From positions 1 through 64,000 of the forward strand of contig OZ374560.1 of the NCBI GenBank assembly GCA_977862235.1: DNA of 64,000 nt, written 5' to 3'. This document shows positions 61,905 to 64,000 of this stretch, piece by piece (position 1 is the first letter of the stretch; every line of letters begins with the position of its first letter). The stretch is from Dudresnaya verticillata (taxonomy: Eukaryota). Under the pieces are notes generated by a model. That model was not told where the DNA came from and did no database searches. It saw nothing but the letters and a program-made list of their open reading frames with translations. Both the position numbers and the translations under genes were made by a program.

Positions 61905-62625
61905 ATTTTGTGGTATAAAGAATAGTCCACGGTGGCGCAGAGAAGTCTCGCACTGTAATCGATGGCCACGGAGCCGAACGGGTGACCTCGGAGCCAAAGG
62001 TAAAACGAAGAAAATGAAAAGGGGTTAGAGTGGTAGAGCGGGGCTACCGACGCCGAGGACCACAATCCCAACGAATACGTGTGCGGAAGGGATAATTGCG
62101 AGCAAACGATCAACAGGGATGATTGGAGGCGCCCGGGATATTGAAGGCGATACTCGACCGTATACGCAAACATGGACTCGAAGACACCGAACACGAAGAA
62201 AAGGGTGTTTAGAGTAGACTCCGAGGTGCGGGCCCTAGTCGCTTACTGGGACATCTTGGAGGTCGTGCCAGACGACTGTCTAAGTACTACTACGCAAGCA
62301 GGAATACGCGTCAAACCGGGAGACGGTTCGCACTCGGCTAATTCGTAACGGCCTCGGAGCCCGCGAACGGCAGTCTCTCGTATGGTGGCGGTTACGAGAT
62401 ACGCCAGCAATGCATACGGAGGCGCACGTGTATTGTGGGCCTCGGAGCCATTCGCGTAAACATCCACGGGAAAACAAAGAGCTGTCAGAGATTTCGTATA
62501 CAGTAGCGTACAGTAATGTGAATGCCATTGTGGCGCGCGTAATCACAGAGTCACTTCGAAATTCGTATTTCGAGATTATTTTCACGTAGACAACGGAGTC
62601 AATTTGCGAACAGCGGTTATACCAC
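61905..62625 (-). repeat. Second, uninterrupted copy of the E5 repeat
   Basis: Reverse-complement homology to 31329-31413, 47182-47681 and 50252-50505. Confidence 0.75.
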
Positions 62626-63382
62626 ATATTTGACAAAATGCGTGAATGAACGACTGCCTGTATGCAGCCTGATTGTTGCTGAGCCACTGCACGAAAGATG
62701 CCCACCTTCTCCCCATTCCATATATGACACTGAGTGCTTCGTTAGCAGCTTCGGTGCTAGACACATTGCGAGGCCCAACTGCCCAACTGCATACATCTGG
62801 TTATTGTCCAAAAGTCACATTTTTCCATGAACATACTCTTCGCATGTACATCACACCCATAACAAACTGAATCCAGGTAGGTAATAGGCATTCCTGATGA
62901 AAAGTTTTGGTTAGAGTACTGTGTAGCGCAAAACCATGCGTCCATGGTGAACTTTTTGCTCCTAGATCGTCGATCCAGAGGGTCTTATAGTCCCATTCCC
63001 TTCATTCTTGAGACAAGTTCACCGAAAAGAAACTTTCTTGCTGCCAATGTCTTCCTGCGAGCGATTTGCCTCATCACTTCGAACACTTTCCCTGTTTCCG
63101 GGTCGCTCGCTACTGAGCTCGAAGTTGAAGTCATCTTCGTAGCTGCTTACGGTTCCGAATGTACCATCATAACCAAGCATCGGTTTCTTGACAACTCTTT
63201 GTAGAAGCTCGGTATTGCAGAGGATAATTGAATAAGATTTGATCACGAGTCCTTCTCGCCACATCTTGTTGTCTTTCTTCAATGATTGAGATGATGTACT
63301 TATTCTCATCATTATTGAAATTGAGCTTAAAATAAGCAATCAATGCCTGCATTGATCGACCAAACAGGTACAGCTCCAATAC

Positions 63383-64000
63383 TATGGCACAGCCGGATAC
63401 TTTCACGAAGTCTATCCCACTGCCAAGCCTCCGTCAGTGGACGATTTGGACCTGGGACATCTCCCCGCCGAGCATCAAGGTCGGCGTAAGGAGATGTTAC
63501 GAAAGTATTCGTCTATGTGGGACGGTTCGTTGGGAGAAATCTCAACCACGGAGCACTACATCGACTTGCTTCCCGGCTCTAGACCGATATCGTCCCCGCC
63601 TTACCGAGCGGGGCCGAAGCAAAGACAACTCGCTCAAATGGAAGTGGACCGCATGCTGCGTCAAGGGGTTATCGAACCCACACAATCGCCGTGGGCGTCA
63701 CCAGTGGTATTCGCCCCCAAGAAGGACGGGACCCTCCGATTTTGAGTAGACTACCGCCATTTAAACGCAGTAACCGTAGGGGATACGTACCCGCTGCCGC
63801 GTATCGACGAATTCATTGACAATATCGGGGAAGAAAATGTCTTCACCACCCTATATTTCAAGAGTGGGTACTGGTAGGTGCCGATCAATCCGCGAGATCG
63901 CGATAAGACCGCGTTCACGTGCCACGCCGGACTGTTCCGCTATAAGCGTATGCGTTTCGGTCTCACGAACGCACCCGCTACGTTTCAACGAACGCTTGAC
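63383..64000 (+). pseudogene. pol: Fragment of an E2-family pol (RT N-terminus), runs off the window
   Basis: Near-identical to the reverse complement of ~35946-36570; stops at 63743 and 63875. Confidence 0.9.

Noticed and set aside
62625..63380. Degenerate integrase or transposase on the minus strand
   Set aside because: Only vague motif similarity across frameshifts; cannot be classified without a profile search.

Overview
Eukaryotic chromosome end. A florideophyte red alga is my inference from the intron-poor genes and TE families; it is not proven. A ~1.28 kb (CCCCTAAA)n telomere is joined directly to a 5'-truncated chromodomain Gypsy element (E1, 1282-12618). A 5'-truncated LINE splits the E1 chromodomain in frame. 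A short host-gene island follows: two intronless unknown ORFs, a divergent Ras/Rheb-like GTPase and tRNA-Pro(AGG). From ~31.3 kb to the end is a nest of TEs: a 15.8 kb piggyBac-type element (TTAA TSD, 345-bp TIRs) whose decayed transposase carries SAP-like and YqaJ/lambda-exonuclease-like domains between its catalytic aspartates, Gypsy E2, a tRNA-derived SINE sharing its 3' tail with a local LINE, solo LTRs, a Tc1/Tc3 DD34E element and decayed Gypsy E3. The most unusual signal is that each Gypsy family is densely covered, coding regions included, by its own CpG-containing spaced palindrome: E1 CCG-N3-CGG (~74 copies), E2 CGTC-N3/4-GACG (~40 copies), E3 probably TCG-N3/4-CGA. E2 and E3 also carry related antisense accessory ORFs. 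All motif counts were made by eye.
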